In this document: positions 24,990-36,949 of the stretch, piece after piece
How positions within the stretch are numbered: the first letter of the stretch is position 1
Layout: every line of letters starts with the position of its first letter
NCBI GenBank assembly: GCA_051294905.1
Contig: CM119371.1
Coordinates: 33,110,001-33,174,000 of the forward strand
Reading direction: 5' to 3'
Source of the DNA: Botryllus schlosseri
Lineage: Eukaryota
Length of the DNA stretch: 64,000 nucleotides
Notes under the pieces: generated by a model
The model's input: the letters and a program-made list of their open reading frames with translations, nothing else
The model's database searches: none
What the model was told of the DNA's origin: nothing
Program-made: the position numbers and the translations under genes

Positions 24990-27900
24990 CAGTGACGTGC
25001 GGTTAAATAAGGCAAGTGAGGCAGTGCCTCACCTGTCGTCAGGGTGAGTAAGGGAAACTTGTGAAAACCCTCGATGATTATTGATATTTTCCATCGATGT
25101 TCATTAATAGCTAAATTTGAACTTTTTTTCACCCCACATCATCAATTTTCATAATTCTTATTCGAAAATACAGCGCGAAAGGAGAGGTGAGGCACAGGTG
25201 GGGCATGGGTGGGTTGTGCCTCACCTGCGACAGGGCAATTCATCATAAACAGCTCGGAATTCATAATAACTGGTATCAATCAATTGCTATCGTTACATTG
25301 ATTCTAAAAATCCAAATATTACCGGTGTCAGACCACCAGAACCCCCTAAAAATCGCCAAGAAATGTGATATCCGGCATTATTACAGACAATGTCATTGCA
25401 GAGAAACAATAGCCAGGTGAGGTACAAACGAATCTGCCTCATGCACTATTCGCTAACGATCGGACAATCGCAGCACAGTGAAACGCGTTATCGATTTCTG
25501 AAACCAACAGTCATGTAGGAATTGTATAGTAGCGACGGCCAATGCGTAATGCCGAGCAGTGGCGTAGCAGCGACTTGGCGTTTATCGCTCTGCGCCAAGG
25601 GCGGCACGCTCCAAGGGGGCACAAAATGAGGCGGCACAGTGCACAGTGTACACCGCCGGATAAACCAGCGTAATTGGTAGTCCTTTAGTTGGCGACCCGA
25701 GAGCTAAAATTTAATCAAATCGAAAGATCGCGTCGCGCTGATTCCGAAAACAAAAATTAAAGTGTCGGACTGACTCCGAAAATACAAATTAAAATGTGGG
25801 CTAGGCAATGGAACGATTCCGAAATAGCCGTCGAAGCCCATTGCTCCGAACAATCGGAGCGCCGCAACACGATGACTAATTAACCATGATAACGAAAATT
25901 GTATCGTGGGATTATTCGGGACAATGCCGTTTTTCAGACTTTGACGACTATTTCGGGGTCGTTCCGTTGCCCTGACTAGCTTTTAAATTGTATTTTCGGA
26001 ATCAGGACAGCAAAAGCTTTCGATTAAGACCAGTATTGTTAAATTGGAGTTAGCTGCGGAAATTGACAGACTTCAGAGGATGGAGCAGAGCAGTGAAACC
26101 ACGTTTGATCGTACTGAAACAGCGTTTGATGTTTTACAATGCCGGTTATATCACAACTACCCGATTCTACACCACATTTAGGCTCGTGTCTAAAACTTTG
26201 TCCGACCATTGCTGTTTCGATTGCGAGCTGCGAGAGGAGCTTCTGAAAGCTCAAACTGATAAAGTCTTATTTACGTTCTATCATGAATGATGATCAGCTA
26301 TCAGCTCCATCCATTCTTATAATAGAAAGAGACTACGTCCAAAAAATTGATTTTGAGGACATTGTCCCTGATTTCGCTTAGGCGAAAGCCCGAAAAGTTC
26401 AGTTTTAAGCAGGGCTGTGGAGTCGGAGTCGGAGTCGGAGTCTGGGTAATTTTCGCTTGATGGAGTCGGAGTCGGAGTCGAAGTCGTGAAAACTATAATA
26501 GCTGGAGTCGGAGTCGGAGTCGTGGGGAAAATACTGACTGGAGTCGGAGTCGGAGTTTGTGAGAATGACCCTGACTTCGACTCCGACTCCGACTCCAACT
26601 TCTCTATCATGAAAACATTTGCTTTCAAAGAATTTTCAATAGAATTTTTACGTACCACCAATCACTGTTATTAATAACCATACGGATCAGGTGCGGCCAG
26701 CCCGTGACACGCAGGTCAAATTTGGCACACGAGAAGGTTAGGTGTGGCCTGCGAGGTAATTCTCGAAATTATTTATGACATCAGGTACAATTGCAAGGCC
26801 AACCAAAATTTGATTAGCATGACCGCGAAATTTGGTGATGACTAAAACAACAGTTCTGACGCATTGACGTATCCAGGGGCCAGTCACATTAATCCGAGAT
26901 CTTCGTATATGACCATAAAGTAGAATATTTCATAGCAGATTTATTTGACTTGAAATTTTTCTCGGTACTTCGCATGATTCATTATCACTAGATTTCTTGC
27001 ATTCAGTATTTGAGCCCCAATCTGAAAATTATAAATACATATTATTCACAGAATTGAGTTTAACTATATTCGCAATTAGGAGATAACGTGTCGTCCAACA
27101 TGCGGCTTCGCTTGTGCACTCGCAGCGAGACCGTCGACAAAACATTTGCAGAAAATGATAGAGGCATGTTCACTGATACCGTCGATTTTGCTATATCTAA
27201 ACGTCGAATAATCCTGTCCTTGCCAAAGGAGCCCAGTGGTATACAGATGCGACCCCCAATGCATGTTAGCAACATATTTATTGATATAATTCAGTCATTA
27301 TCTTGCAAAAGAAAATTCGCGCTTTGCGCGACCAGGGACTGATTGCGCACTGCACAGTTGCATGACATCTTGTTATCAATTTTAGAGCGTATTAATATAA
27401 GTTTTGTTTGCAATGTTACCTAATTCGGTTCGCTCCTATCGGACGACTAAAAAAAGGTTATCAACATTCCAGTTGCCCGCGCAATGGTTCGTAAATCTCA
27501 TGTATCCCTTTGGCCGAAAAAGTTGCCCACCCCTGATATAGATAAAATTAGACATTAGTTGCAAATTGCAACTCATTTGCACAGGGGAAGAAAATCGCAA
27601 TATGCGTTTTCGCGATGCAGTCAAAATTGATGCAATTTTCGGAATTATACCATGATACTGTGACAGAGCAAATGCATCGGCTGGTTTTGTAAAATTGTAA
27701 AAATGATGTAAATATGACTAAACGATGATTTCCACTTCACAAAATTAAAAATATTTGTAGTGTAGCTTGGCTGTTTGGGTCGAACAAATGATTAAGAAAG
27801 ACTGCAAGTCCCAATCCTTGAATACTTGATTAAGTATATGTAGACTAGACATAGAGGCTATAGTCTTTGGCTACTTAACTAAATTCCATTCATGACCAAT

Positions 27901-29120
27901 GTCTATTACTAGTAAGAGTGTGTGTGCTTGTAATCAGCATAGTGTACAATGACAAAATAAGTAGGTTCAATATCTTTATTAGTTGCTGACTCATACACGA
28001 GAGGTACACTTGGATTTTTTATCTACATTTTAATTATACAGGATTAAATATCTGCCATATTTGAATGATTCATACATTTCAGGATATTAGAGAGTCCATG
28101 TTATAAAAACTTGAAAAAGGAAGGATATCTAGCAAATCTTTCTTTCATGTCAATTGCATAGTGGATAATTCGAACTGTGCCGCAATGAAACAATTTAGCA
28201 TACCACCGATAATCATATGTTTGCATTGGTTGTATGATAGTCATTCAACCGACAATGCGGCATATAATTTTCGAAGTAAATTGCTAATAATGCTGGAGTC
28301 GGAGTCGGGAGTCGGAGTAGGAGTCGGTACGTTTAAAGACCCAGGAGTCGGAGTCGGTACGTTTAAAGACTCAGGAGTCGGAGTCGGAGTCGGAGTCGGT
28401 GGTAAAATGGACCGACTCCACAGCCCTGGTTTTAAGGCAGCTACTGATTTTTCTTATTGGCCTTATACATTAGTTCACCATTCCTTGTCTTTATTATTTT
28501 AGCCTTATAAACGCTGAAACGGTGAGGCTTCTTTCTCAAGCAGTATAGAACTTCTGAGACGCGGCATATCATTTGTAATTATTTTTATTGAAAAGATGGC
28601 TTGATCATGAAACTATGTCGAAATTTGCTGCGGTCTACATAGGGGGAGGGGCATTTTCAACGAAAGCCATGAGCGGCAGCACTTGCTGCTACGAAACCGA
28701 TGCGGACCAAATACATTCCCTTATCGATGTACCTGTTATGTATTTCCCATCCATAGCTACGTTATATCGTGGTATGTGATAGCTCCTTACATATTGCCTG
28801 ATTTGCCCTTGTTTGTGGCCTTTATGATGTTGTCGACTGCAATAGTCATTTACACGAGGTCCGAAATTAGAACCTTAAAAATATATTTTTTATGTTTCCA
28901 GGTGAGCAATCTGTATTAAATAACTGAGTATGTCACTAAAATAAAAAATAAAATAAACATCGATTGTGGAATGTAGAGTTGCAACGGCTAACAGGCCGCT
29001 TCTCTTGCTGCTGTTGTTGTTCACCCATTTGTGTATCGTTATTAGGCACTTTAGGTGTGTGTGTGGGGGAGGGGGGGCGGTTAGTGCCTCACCAGCCATG
29101 AACCTCACCGCACGTCACTG
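24990..29120 (+). mobile_element. Internally deleted hAT transposon with nested MITEs
   Basis: TIR CAGTGACGTGCGG; perfect TSD ATGTATCG; 26040-26408 reads TIAVSIASCERSF*KLKLIKSYLRS...IDFEDIV...KARKVQF*. Confidence 0.92.
26410..28428 (+). mobile_element. Complete GGAGTC-repeat hAT MITE with nested MITE at 26688-27535
   Basis: TIR CAGGGCTGTGGAGTCGG; perfect TSD GTTTTAAG. Confidence 0.95.
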
Positions 29121-29138
29121 ATGTATCGTGCATTTCAG

Positions 29139-29249
29139 AAATTGAGAGAAAATGGGGTAAAGGCTGTCACAACGATGTAGCTGATGAAGCCGCTGCAACC
29201 GATACTTCTTTACTCCATGAAAGCAGCTCGTCGACCAGTACTGTTCCTG
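29139..29249 (+). pseudogene. Linker exon of the multidomain pseudogene
   Basis: tttcag acceptor and gtaact donor, phase 1-1, open: EIERKWGKGCHNDVADEAAATDTSLLHESSSSTSTVP. Confidence 0.55.
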
Positions 29250-29925
29250 GTAACTTATTTAAATTTATTCATGTCTTACTTCTTTGATCCGTTGTTTAAC
29301 CTGATACATACATTTTGGTATCGCAGAATAAAACATTCCAGATCTCCTAGAGATCAGTGGTTCTTCATCTTAATTTGATGTTACCTTTAGATATTAGACG
29401 TGTTATACGTGGATCTATTGAAGTTTCTGCAAGACCAAGGGCTGTTACTAACCATTAACTTTAAGTTCAATTCTTCGGTTTCTTCTTCAAAGAAATGTAA
29501 GTTTGCTGTTGGCTACTCTCTATGCTACAGCTAAATGCCACTAAATTCTACGATCGGAATACGATTAAACCTGTCCCTATAGCTTACATTTATAAGTGTT
29601 CCTAAACGAGTTATAGGGTACTTTAAACAGTTTTGTAAAACGTTCGTAGCATGCCAAGTACTAATCAGACCATGAACTCTATATTACGATACCATGCCGA
29701 AAAATTCGTTTCAGATTTCAAAATCGAGTTAGAATTTGATGTTAATTTTTTCTAAAAATTCTTGCATTTTGGAATTGAGATATTACAGTCTGATACCTTT
29801 GTCGAACCAGTGCTATACATAATTTGAATTTATTGAAGTCACCCACGTTTCAGCTCGCTAAACTCTTCTTATTAATTAATTTGGGGCTTCTTGTTCATAC
29901 TATTTACCATCATGACCATGTCACT

Positions 29926-31817
29926 CAGTGGCGGCTCGTGACAATATCGGGTGGTGGGGCAAGGGCTGCAAGCGACTTTTTATCAAGATGACGTCACAAT
30001 GGCGTTTTCCAACGTAAACAAGTAACTTAATGATGGTACGGTAACATGAATTTGCCGGCAACAGTGATTTTAACGTATGTGCCACGAGAGGTCCGCTGAT
30101 GAGCTGTGACTTGAAGTGTGGTAACTGCGTAAACGGCGTACGGAACAAAGATTCAACACGGTTCATGTTTGCATTAGACCTGACTAATTATCTGCAGAAA
30201 TGGAAATGACTATAACTCGAGAGATAGCGTAAGCCTAATTGGAAAGGTCAACGAATTCGGACAGATACGCAATTGTTATCTCATAGATTGGGCCTGTCCT
30301 ATTGAATCCAAAACATCATTGTAAAGGACTAAGAATAGCAGCCTCGGAAATTTGGTCTCGGTACAGCATAAGAGATTGTGGCCTTGAAACTGGAGACTGT
30401 AACTCGACACATACGTTTTTATTACTGTCTTATAGGTCTGCTGCGAAATCGCCTTTGAAAAATATATTACCGAATAAATACGTGGATGAAAGCCCTAAAC
30501 TTGGTACACTGTTACATGACATTATCGAGAAGTGGCCTCATGGCCCTTTTCGGTATGGTACACTGTCAAAATTAATGCGAACAGACCAACACCGAATTTT
30601 GCGTAAAATTTACTGAGGAATAGGCTGATCAAGTGACGGGGGGGTTGTACGCAAATGGCTTGAAGGCCACAATTTCACGGTGAAATTGACATTGGAGAAT
30701 ATACGATCAAAGTAAATATTTGAATGCAAACTGAGAATGATATCATCATCTCACTTAACGTTACCGCAGATACACCGGCTTTTGCGTGAAATCCGCAATG
30801 TGTTGTAGGCTAAAGTGTCAGATCGGAGCACATCTTTACCATACTCGACCTTGATAACGAAATTACTGCCCTAATCATTGAGTGTCAACCTTGAGACTTG
30901 GCACAGCGTTCGATACTAAAATCAAGACATACCGTGCAAACGCTTATGACGGATCTAGGTAAGGGGCATCGTTAAAATCAATAGAGACCAATACCGGCTT
31001 TGCGTATAATCTGTTAGCGATAAATGACGAGTCAGCTCTCACTCGAATTAGGAAACGAAATTACCACTAACACAGTTCAGTGACAAACTTAAAACTTGGT
31101 ACAGCGTTCGATACTAACATTAAGACTTACCGTGCCAAATGTCATAACCGATCTCAGTATTGAACACCGTCAAAACCAATGGATACCAATACCGGCTTTT
31201 GAGTAAAATCTGTTTGCGATACATGACGGATCAGCACACACTCAACTTCGGAAACGGAATTATTACCCTAAACTTTAAGTAGAAACCCTGAAACTTGGGG
31301 CAGTGTTAAATACCACCATCACGACATGACATAACAAGTTTCAAGAGTTTTCATGGTGTGAAACCCCATTAAAATCGACCTATACCAGCAAAGGTCGACT
31401 AAACGCATATGACGGTAACAGAGTTCAGCTATAGATACGATTGTTACATCACACCTTAAGGGCACAGAGCTATCGTGCCCCGGTTGCTCGGTAATTTTAT
31501 GAATAGGAGAGAGTTAATCACCGTTTCTTTATTGTGCGCGGTTTTGAGAGAATAGACAGTGAAAGCTTGTTATGAGCGCTACCGGGGCAAGCCCCGGCTA
31601 GGCATTCGCAAAGCGAAAACACAGAAGAGAATTCGATTTTCGCATAGACTTCGCTATATATGGGCATTTACAAGCGAAAGGACAAGAAGTATACGATTTT
31701 CGCTGTGATTTCGGTTTATATAGATAGGTGTGCGTCTATAAATGGTAAAGAATTGTTATTGAACAGAATTTTAGGTGGGGCAATGCCCCAGTTGCCCTAT
31801 AGGACGAGCCGCCACTG
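29926..31817. mobile_element. hAT-type MITE within an intron
   Basis: TIR CAGTGGCGGCTCGT; perfect TSD ATGTCACT. Confidence 0.92.
30435..31455. mobile_element. Nested non-autonomous element (Kolobok-like ends) with ~200-bp internal tandem repeats
   Basis: Ends GGTCTGCTG / CATCACACC followed by TTAA; ACCGGCTTTTGCGT-like unit recurs at ~30590, 30773, 30992, 31190. Confidence 0.6.
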
Positions 31818-33741
31818 ATGTCACTGTAGATTGCAGTCGACAAAGAGAAAGTAACTGGAAATTTACAAAATTGGCGTTGAAAATTGTCATAGAAAGCCAA
31901 ATTTGCACTTCATTTGACGAAACATAAGTTTTGAATGATAATGACTCTAAACAACTATTATAGTGTAGTATTATAGTGGTACAGCCTGCAGCAGAGTACC
32001 CGACTAATTATGAACATGAATTTAATCGATATCGTCAGATTTTAATTTCATCTGATCAAGACACACATACTGTAGAATTCGATTGAGCACACTATGATGT
32101 CATGAACAGGTAGGAGGATGCCAAACGAACAGTTGTAGTCTCTAAATCTGACACCCACATCGGCCTAGTGCCCTATGTCTCAGTTCTTTTCGATGTTAAT
32201 CTCCATTCCGCGACATTTTCTTGCCCTTTTCATTCCCTGTGGGTGCGTTCTTTCATGGGGTATTTTTCGGTTTTTTTGTCGCAGTGAGAACAGTGACGCT
32301 GGGCTGAGGAGCCCAGATAAACATCCGACGAGGAATCTATTAGTAGGCGCTTATCGTCATCACTACGCTAACTCGCCGATAAGATATTTCGCAATTGTGC
32401 CTGTTGCTCCTCAACATGAAAATTATCCAGAATAAGAAAGCTAAGCTTTATGAATGTCAATACCTATTCTTCAAGACGGATCTTGGTGATGACACCATCA
32501 GCATCCACACATATATAGGCTACTACAACGGCTTTGGCAATTATCAAATTCGACTGTAGTATTTAAGAAGATTTCTAGATCTCCTCGCTGCAGCTTCAGG
32601 AATGTAATATTGTACACTTTGCATTGTTGTGTGTTTTAACCAAAACCAAATAAACCCTATATTCTAATTTTGATGCTAATTGCCTTCTGTGATTCTTCCT
32701 CGTGACAAATAAACAATGAGCAGTTAGATTTATACGCTGAAGCATTTCGTTTCTGAACAGTGTACACTGTGCAGCAGGGGTCGCCAACTCAAAACGGGTC
32801 GCAGGCCACTTCTCAAAATTCCTTGAGGCCGCGGGCCGCATGATTACAATATGCATATAAAAATAAGAAACGCAATTTAACAACCACGTTTCGGTAAATT
32901 TACGTCAGTACAACGCTGTGCTCTCTAACATGGGCGATTGGCATAATTAACGCAAAATAAATTAGATGTTATTGAAGAACTACAAATACAACAAAAATTA
33001 TAATGATCATCACTTTCATTCTATTTTGAACTATGAGATGCGCACGATACCTGACAACACTCTTCACTCAGCAACTAAAGCACGGTTGTCCAACCTATTT
33101 GCTGTTCACAGCCGTATTTCGATAACTTATGTAGCCGATGGAAGCATTCCAGTTCTCGAAGTCGCATTTAACTAACTGGAGACCAAATACCCATGTTAAA
33201 CTGTCCATGTCCATTGCCGGTGAACTCCGGACTAATCTATTCCGTCATATCGGCTTACTATGCGCCCGAAATTGTGAATAATAATGTTATGAATAGCCGG
33301 TTCACGAAGTGATAAAGGTTGAGAAACACTGCTGGTCTACACCTACACCGCTATACATATACCTGCGAGTGGCAGGTCAGCTTCAAGTAAACTCGTTCTA
33401 CTCAATTTCGGCTGAATCGAGGCTACTAGTTAGCCCTCTAATTTGCCGGACCACGGTCTGACATGTCTTACTCGCCTTCCGATACATGCCACCAATTGTG
33501 TCGCTTACTCACCAGTTCTTCTATAGTATCTTATTTTACCTTCATTCAGCGTGCATGCGTGCTTTTTACATCGCCTAGGACAGGTGGGTGTCTGATTTCA
33601 AAGACTACACCAAGTTGTTTCGACACCTTCCTATTTTTCATTGTATCGCAATTTTTGTGGTGTATTGAAATGATGTAATTGTTACCAATCAATTAAATCG
33701 AATTGAAAGATGAGCGGATTTGAAACTTTTATCTCCTAATC

Positions 33742-34892
33742 CAGTGGTCAGGAACCATTCTCGTCCGAACAGCCATATTGGTCCGAATTTTTTCAATATA
33801 ACTCGCAAAGAGCCATACACCTCAATCTACTTTAAGTCACAATTGAAAATTCGTGACGTCATGGTAGGACAAATTCGAACTCACTACATGGGATTCGTCG
33901 TGTGTGTGTGTGCGTAGGTTCGTCGCAATGCTTCTTTCAAATTCGTAGGTGGAGCCAGACATGATCCCTACAGCATTACATACCCACTCTAAGGTGTGAT
34001 ACATCCGAGACGTGGGGTCAGGGAGGTAAATGAGGCAGTGCCTCAATTGTCGTTAGGATGAGTAAACAAAAGTTGTGAAACCTTCAATTACTATTGAAGA
34101 TCTCTATCGATGGTCATGAATGGCTAGAATTCGAACATTGTTTCCTAAAAATCACACAATTTTCATATTTATTGTTCCAAAATAAAGTGCGAAACGAGGT
34201 GTAAGGCACAGTCGGGCCAAGCATCACCATCCACCATTGATAGTGAAATTCATGGAATATAGCTTATTCAATATAACCGATATTATTTCAATGTAAATGT
34301 CGCACTGATTCCGAAAATCTAAATGCTGGTCGATTACTCAATTCTCAACATATTCGGCGGGCGGCGGTAACATATAACGTTGCGCTCCACTCCTACATTT
34401 TATCGCTGGACCCTACGAATCAAGAACGCGGATAGCAACGACGTTGTTTGTAATGTGAATGTCGCTTCCACGACAGTTCTTATCTCATCGAAGATCTGGA
34501 AGACAATGTGTATTTGGAATTTGTGTTGTAATACATTAATACATTATACATTATGATTTTATTTTTGATCAATCAACGTATCGTGGAATCTAAGATTTCA
34601 AGTCGAGTACCTCGAATTTGCGAGGTATATTGGTAACCGCGCGACGGAAACTTGAATTAGAGGATTTTGAAAAGTAGCTTCCAAGCTTTTAATTTGCATT
34701 GTCTTTATCTCTCAAAGACATGTTTATACTGACAAGAGAATAATTATTCTGTCCGTCAGGACAATGTACTAACAAGTTACTGCAATAGGCCTACTTATCA
34801 ATTCGGTACAGAAATAAAAATTTGGCAAAGAGCCATATCTTACATTCGATAGAGCCAAATATGGGTCGCGAGTCATAGGTTCACGGCCGCTG
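33742..34892. mobile_element. hAT MITE (22871 family, reversed) with a fragment of the 24990 family at ~34008-34340
   Basis: TIR CAGTGGTCAGGAACC; TSD TCCTAATC/TCCTATTC. Confidence 0.85.
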
Positions 34893-34919
34893 TCCTATTC
34901 CAATCCAATTCCATTTCAG

Positions 34920-35030
34920 AAAAGTCCATTGAAGAACATGAAAATGAATTGCAATACATGAAGAGTTGGGTGCTGGAAAAAGAGAAGGAAATAAGAGTTA
35001 TGAAGGAAAAAAGAAATCAGAAGATTGAAT
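34920..35030 (+). pseudogene. Coiled-coil exon of the multidomain pseudogene, cut by a Penelope insertion
   Basis: ccatttcag acceptor; EKSIEEHENELQYMKSWVLEKEKEIRVMKEKRNQKIEL. Confidence 0.6.
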
Positions 35031-35510
35031 TGTATATTCATATTAAAATGAACCCGAATATTTTCGGCTGACACTCGTCGGGCGAACTCGTCAGCAACTA
35101 GTTGAGAATTCAAAAGAACATCGTATATCAACTATCGTATCACAAAATATGACGTCAACAGCATGAAATGTCGAATACGAGAGCGTGCAATGTACCATTT
35201 TTAAATGGTACACGAACTCTTTTTGTTGACACAGCCTTGTCAGTGTATTTTGATAAAAGTCGACTCCAAGGCACACAAATGAAAGTGTGAACGGCCCCTT
35301 CCGACGACGCGAAATCTGTCGTCCCGATAAATCTAAGGCCATAAATTTTGCAATTTGCAAACACTTGTTGGATTATTCCGCTTGTGCGAAAACTTATCGA
35401 GAAGACATCATATTTTGTTATACGATTATAGATATTCTATGCTCTTTCGAATTCTCTACTGGTTGCTGACGATTAACCCTGACGAGTGTCCGCCGAAAAT
35501 ATTCGGGTTC
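35031..35510. mobile_element. Second Penelope-like fragment with inverted arms
   Basis: Homologous to 7775-8442; GIY-YIG C-terminal coding on - (to ~35323) then on +. Confidence 0.88.
35475..35509 (+). ncRNA. Minimal hammerhead ribozyme (diverged copy)
   Basis: AACC-CTGACGA-GTGTCCGCC-GAAA-ATAT-TC-GGGTT; the minus-arm copy has core CCGACGA (mutated). Confidence 0.65.
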
Positions 35511-36949
35511 CCGGACTGACCGTGTTCGGCTCAAATTGCTTCGTTCACCTGAATATTACAACCCTTTTCGATAAATTACAGTACATCCTCCCCCCCCCCC
35601 CCCTTATCAGCGTCCCCTGACTATTTGCTTTATGAAAAGTACAAGTTGAACATCAGGGTGATAGAGCCTGCGGAACCCCTGATCTATGAAATGATACCCC
35701 TGTTTCACAGGAACACGCATATAGCCTGAACTAGAAACCTAGATGTGTCTCTAACGCAGTCACAAAGACAGTAAATGATTCTTCATTCTCTATACCTACT
35801 ATTTCAAGTTCGCCTGGTCACGTTATTCATCAAGTACACGGTGTAACAGGTCAAATCGGGCATAAGTGCCACTCTTCAAACTATTGGAAGAGTTATGAGA
35901 TGCTTGCATATACATTTTTATGCGTAGGTCATCAGCATGGATATCTATATACCCTTGGTTATCAGGTGCAATAATGATTAGCAGAAGCCGTACCATGCAC
36001 ATTTAAGAACGATATGAAAATTATATTGACCAGGTCTATCAACAAGGAGTGGAGTCACTATAAAATTTGACCAAGTATAGTGAGCATCATTTGAAATGGA
36101 TGAAATCAATTTTCTAACAGCAAATGTCCCTAATTCCATGTAATGCCCTACAGGCGGAGAGCGGCGTTTCCTTTTTCACCGATAGTTAGGGATTACATTC
36201 CATGCATTTCAGCAACCGCAAAGCTTCAAAATACTTGAAGATTATGGAAGGACTAAAAGAGAAAATAGGAAAAATATTGCAGGTGATATGGGAGCCCAAC
36301 TCTGGCTCTGGCGAAGAACGGCACCCACGAGTTCGTATAAAACAGATATGGAATCCTTTCGAGTATGCATGGAAAGAGAATGTGGAGTGGGCACCGAGAT
36401 TTTCCCGACAAATTAGTATTCTGTTTGTTCGCATGGATCCGTCTGGCGTGAGTATACATATCCTTGGTTGTCTAAAATGGAACAAATATCAATTTACGAA
36501 TACAAGTTAGTGGCTCCTAAACCTTGGTCATCGTCTGAAGTTGGGATATAGCCTATTTGCAAACCACCAATCCTCCGCGACGAAGTTGTTCGACTGACCT
36601 TTGGAGAGGTCATGGATTCGAACACCGGCAAGTTTTTGCAACTTTGCAACTATTTTTTGCAGTTTCCGGGAGCTTCCTAAATACTCAGAATATATGTAGT
36701 ACATGATAAGATATCATATGTATATTGTATATATGTTTCAAGCTATTTGGACGAGTTTGATATTGCAACATTTGGCCAAGTTTTCTTATTTTTTCATGCG
36801 GAATTTTAGTGCAGCTTATATCCAGTATTGCGCAAAATGGGAATGAGTAATTAAAAAATCTTGATATAAAGCTTTTTCTAGTATGGTTCTTTTCTCTCTG
36901 ATTTGCTTAACAAAGAGCCATGTGATGGATTACGCTATAGTCTACAAAT

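Larger units (their letters stand above)
29327..33525 (+). pseudogene. Caspase-like (peptidase C14 fold) domain over about 5 exons, catalytic motifs absent, decayed
   Basis: Exons 29327-29496 (EVSARPR/GLLLTINFKF), ~31830-31960 (DKEKV..KFTKLALKIVI), 32039-32109 (ILISSDQD), 32285-32603 (ANSPIRYFAIVP; DDTISIHTYIGY; YLRRFLDLL), ~33370-33525 (RLNR; RYMPPIVSLTHQFFY, cf. caspase-3 KQIPCIVSMLTKELYF). Confidence 0.65.

Noticed and set aside
26317..26674. ORFs with TPTPTP / GVGVGV / ESESES repeats (also 19055-19490, 28161-28502)
   Set aside because: Translations of the GGAGTC subterminal repeats of a MITE, not proteins.
36060..36260. Apparent similarity to the 59703-59939 peptide (LK...F, KILE..G)
   Set aside because: Requires mixing frames; the region is better explained as SMUG1-like exons and an intron.
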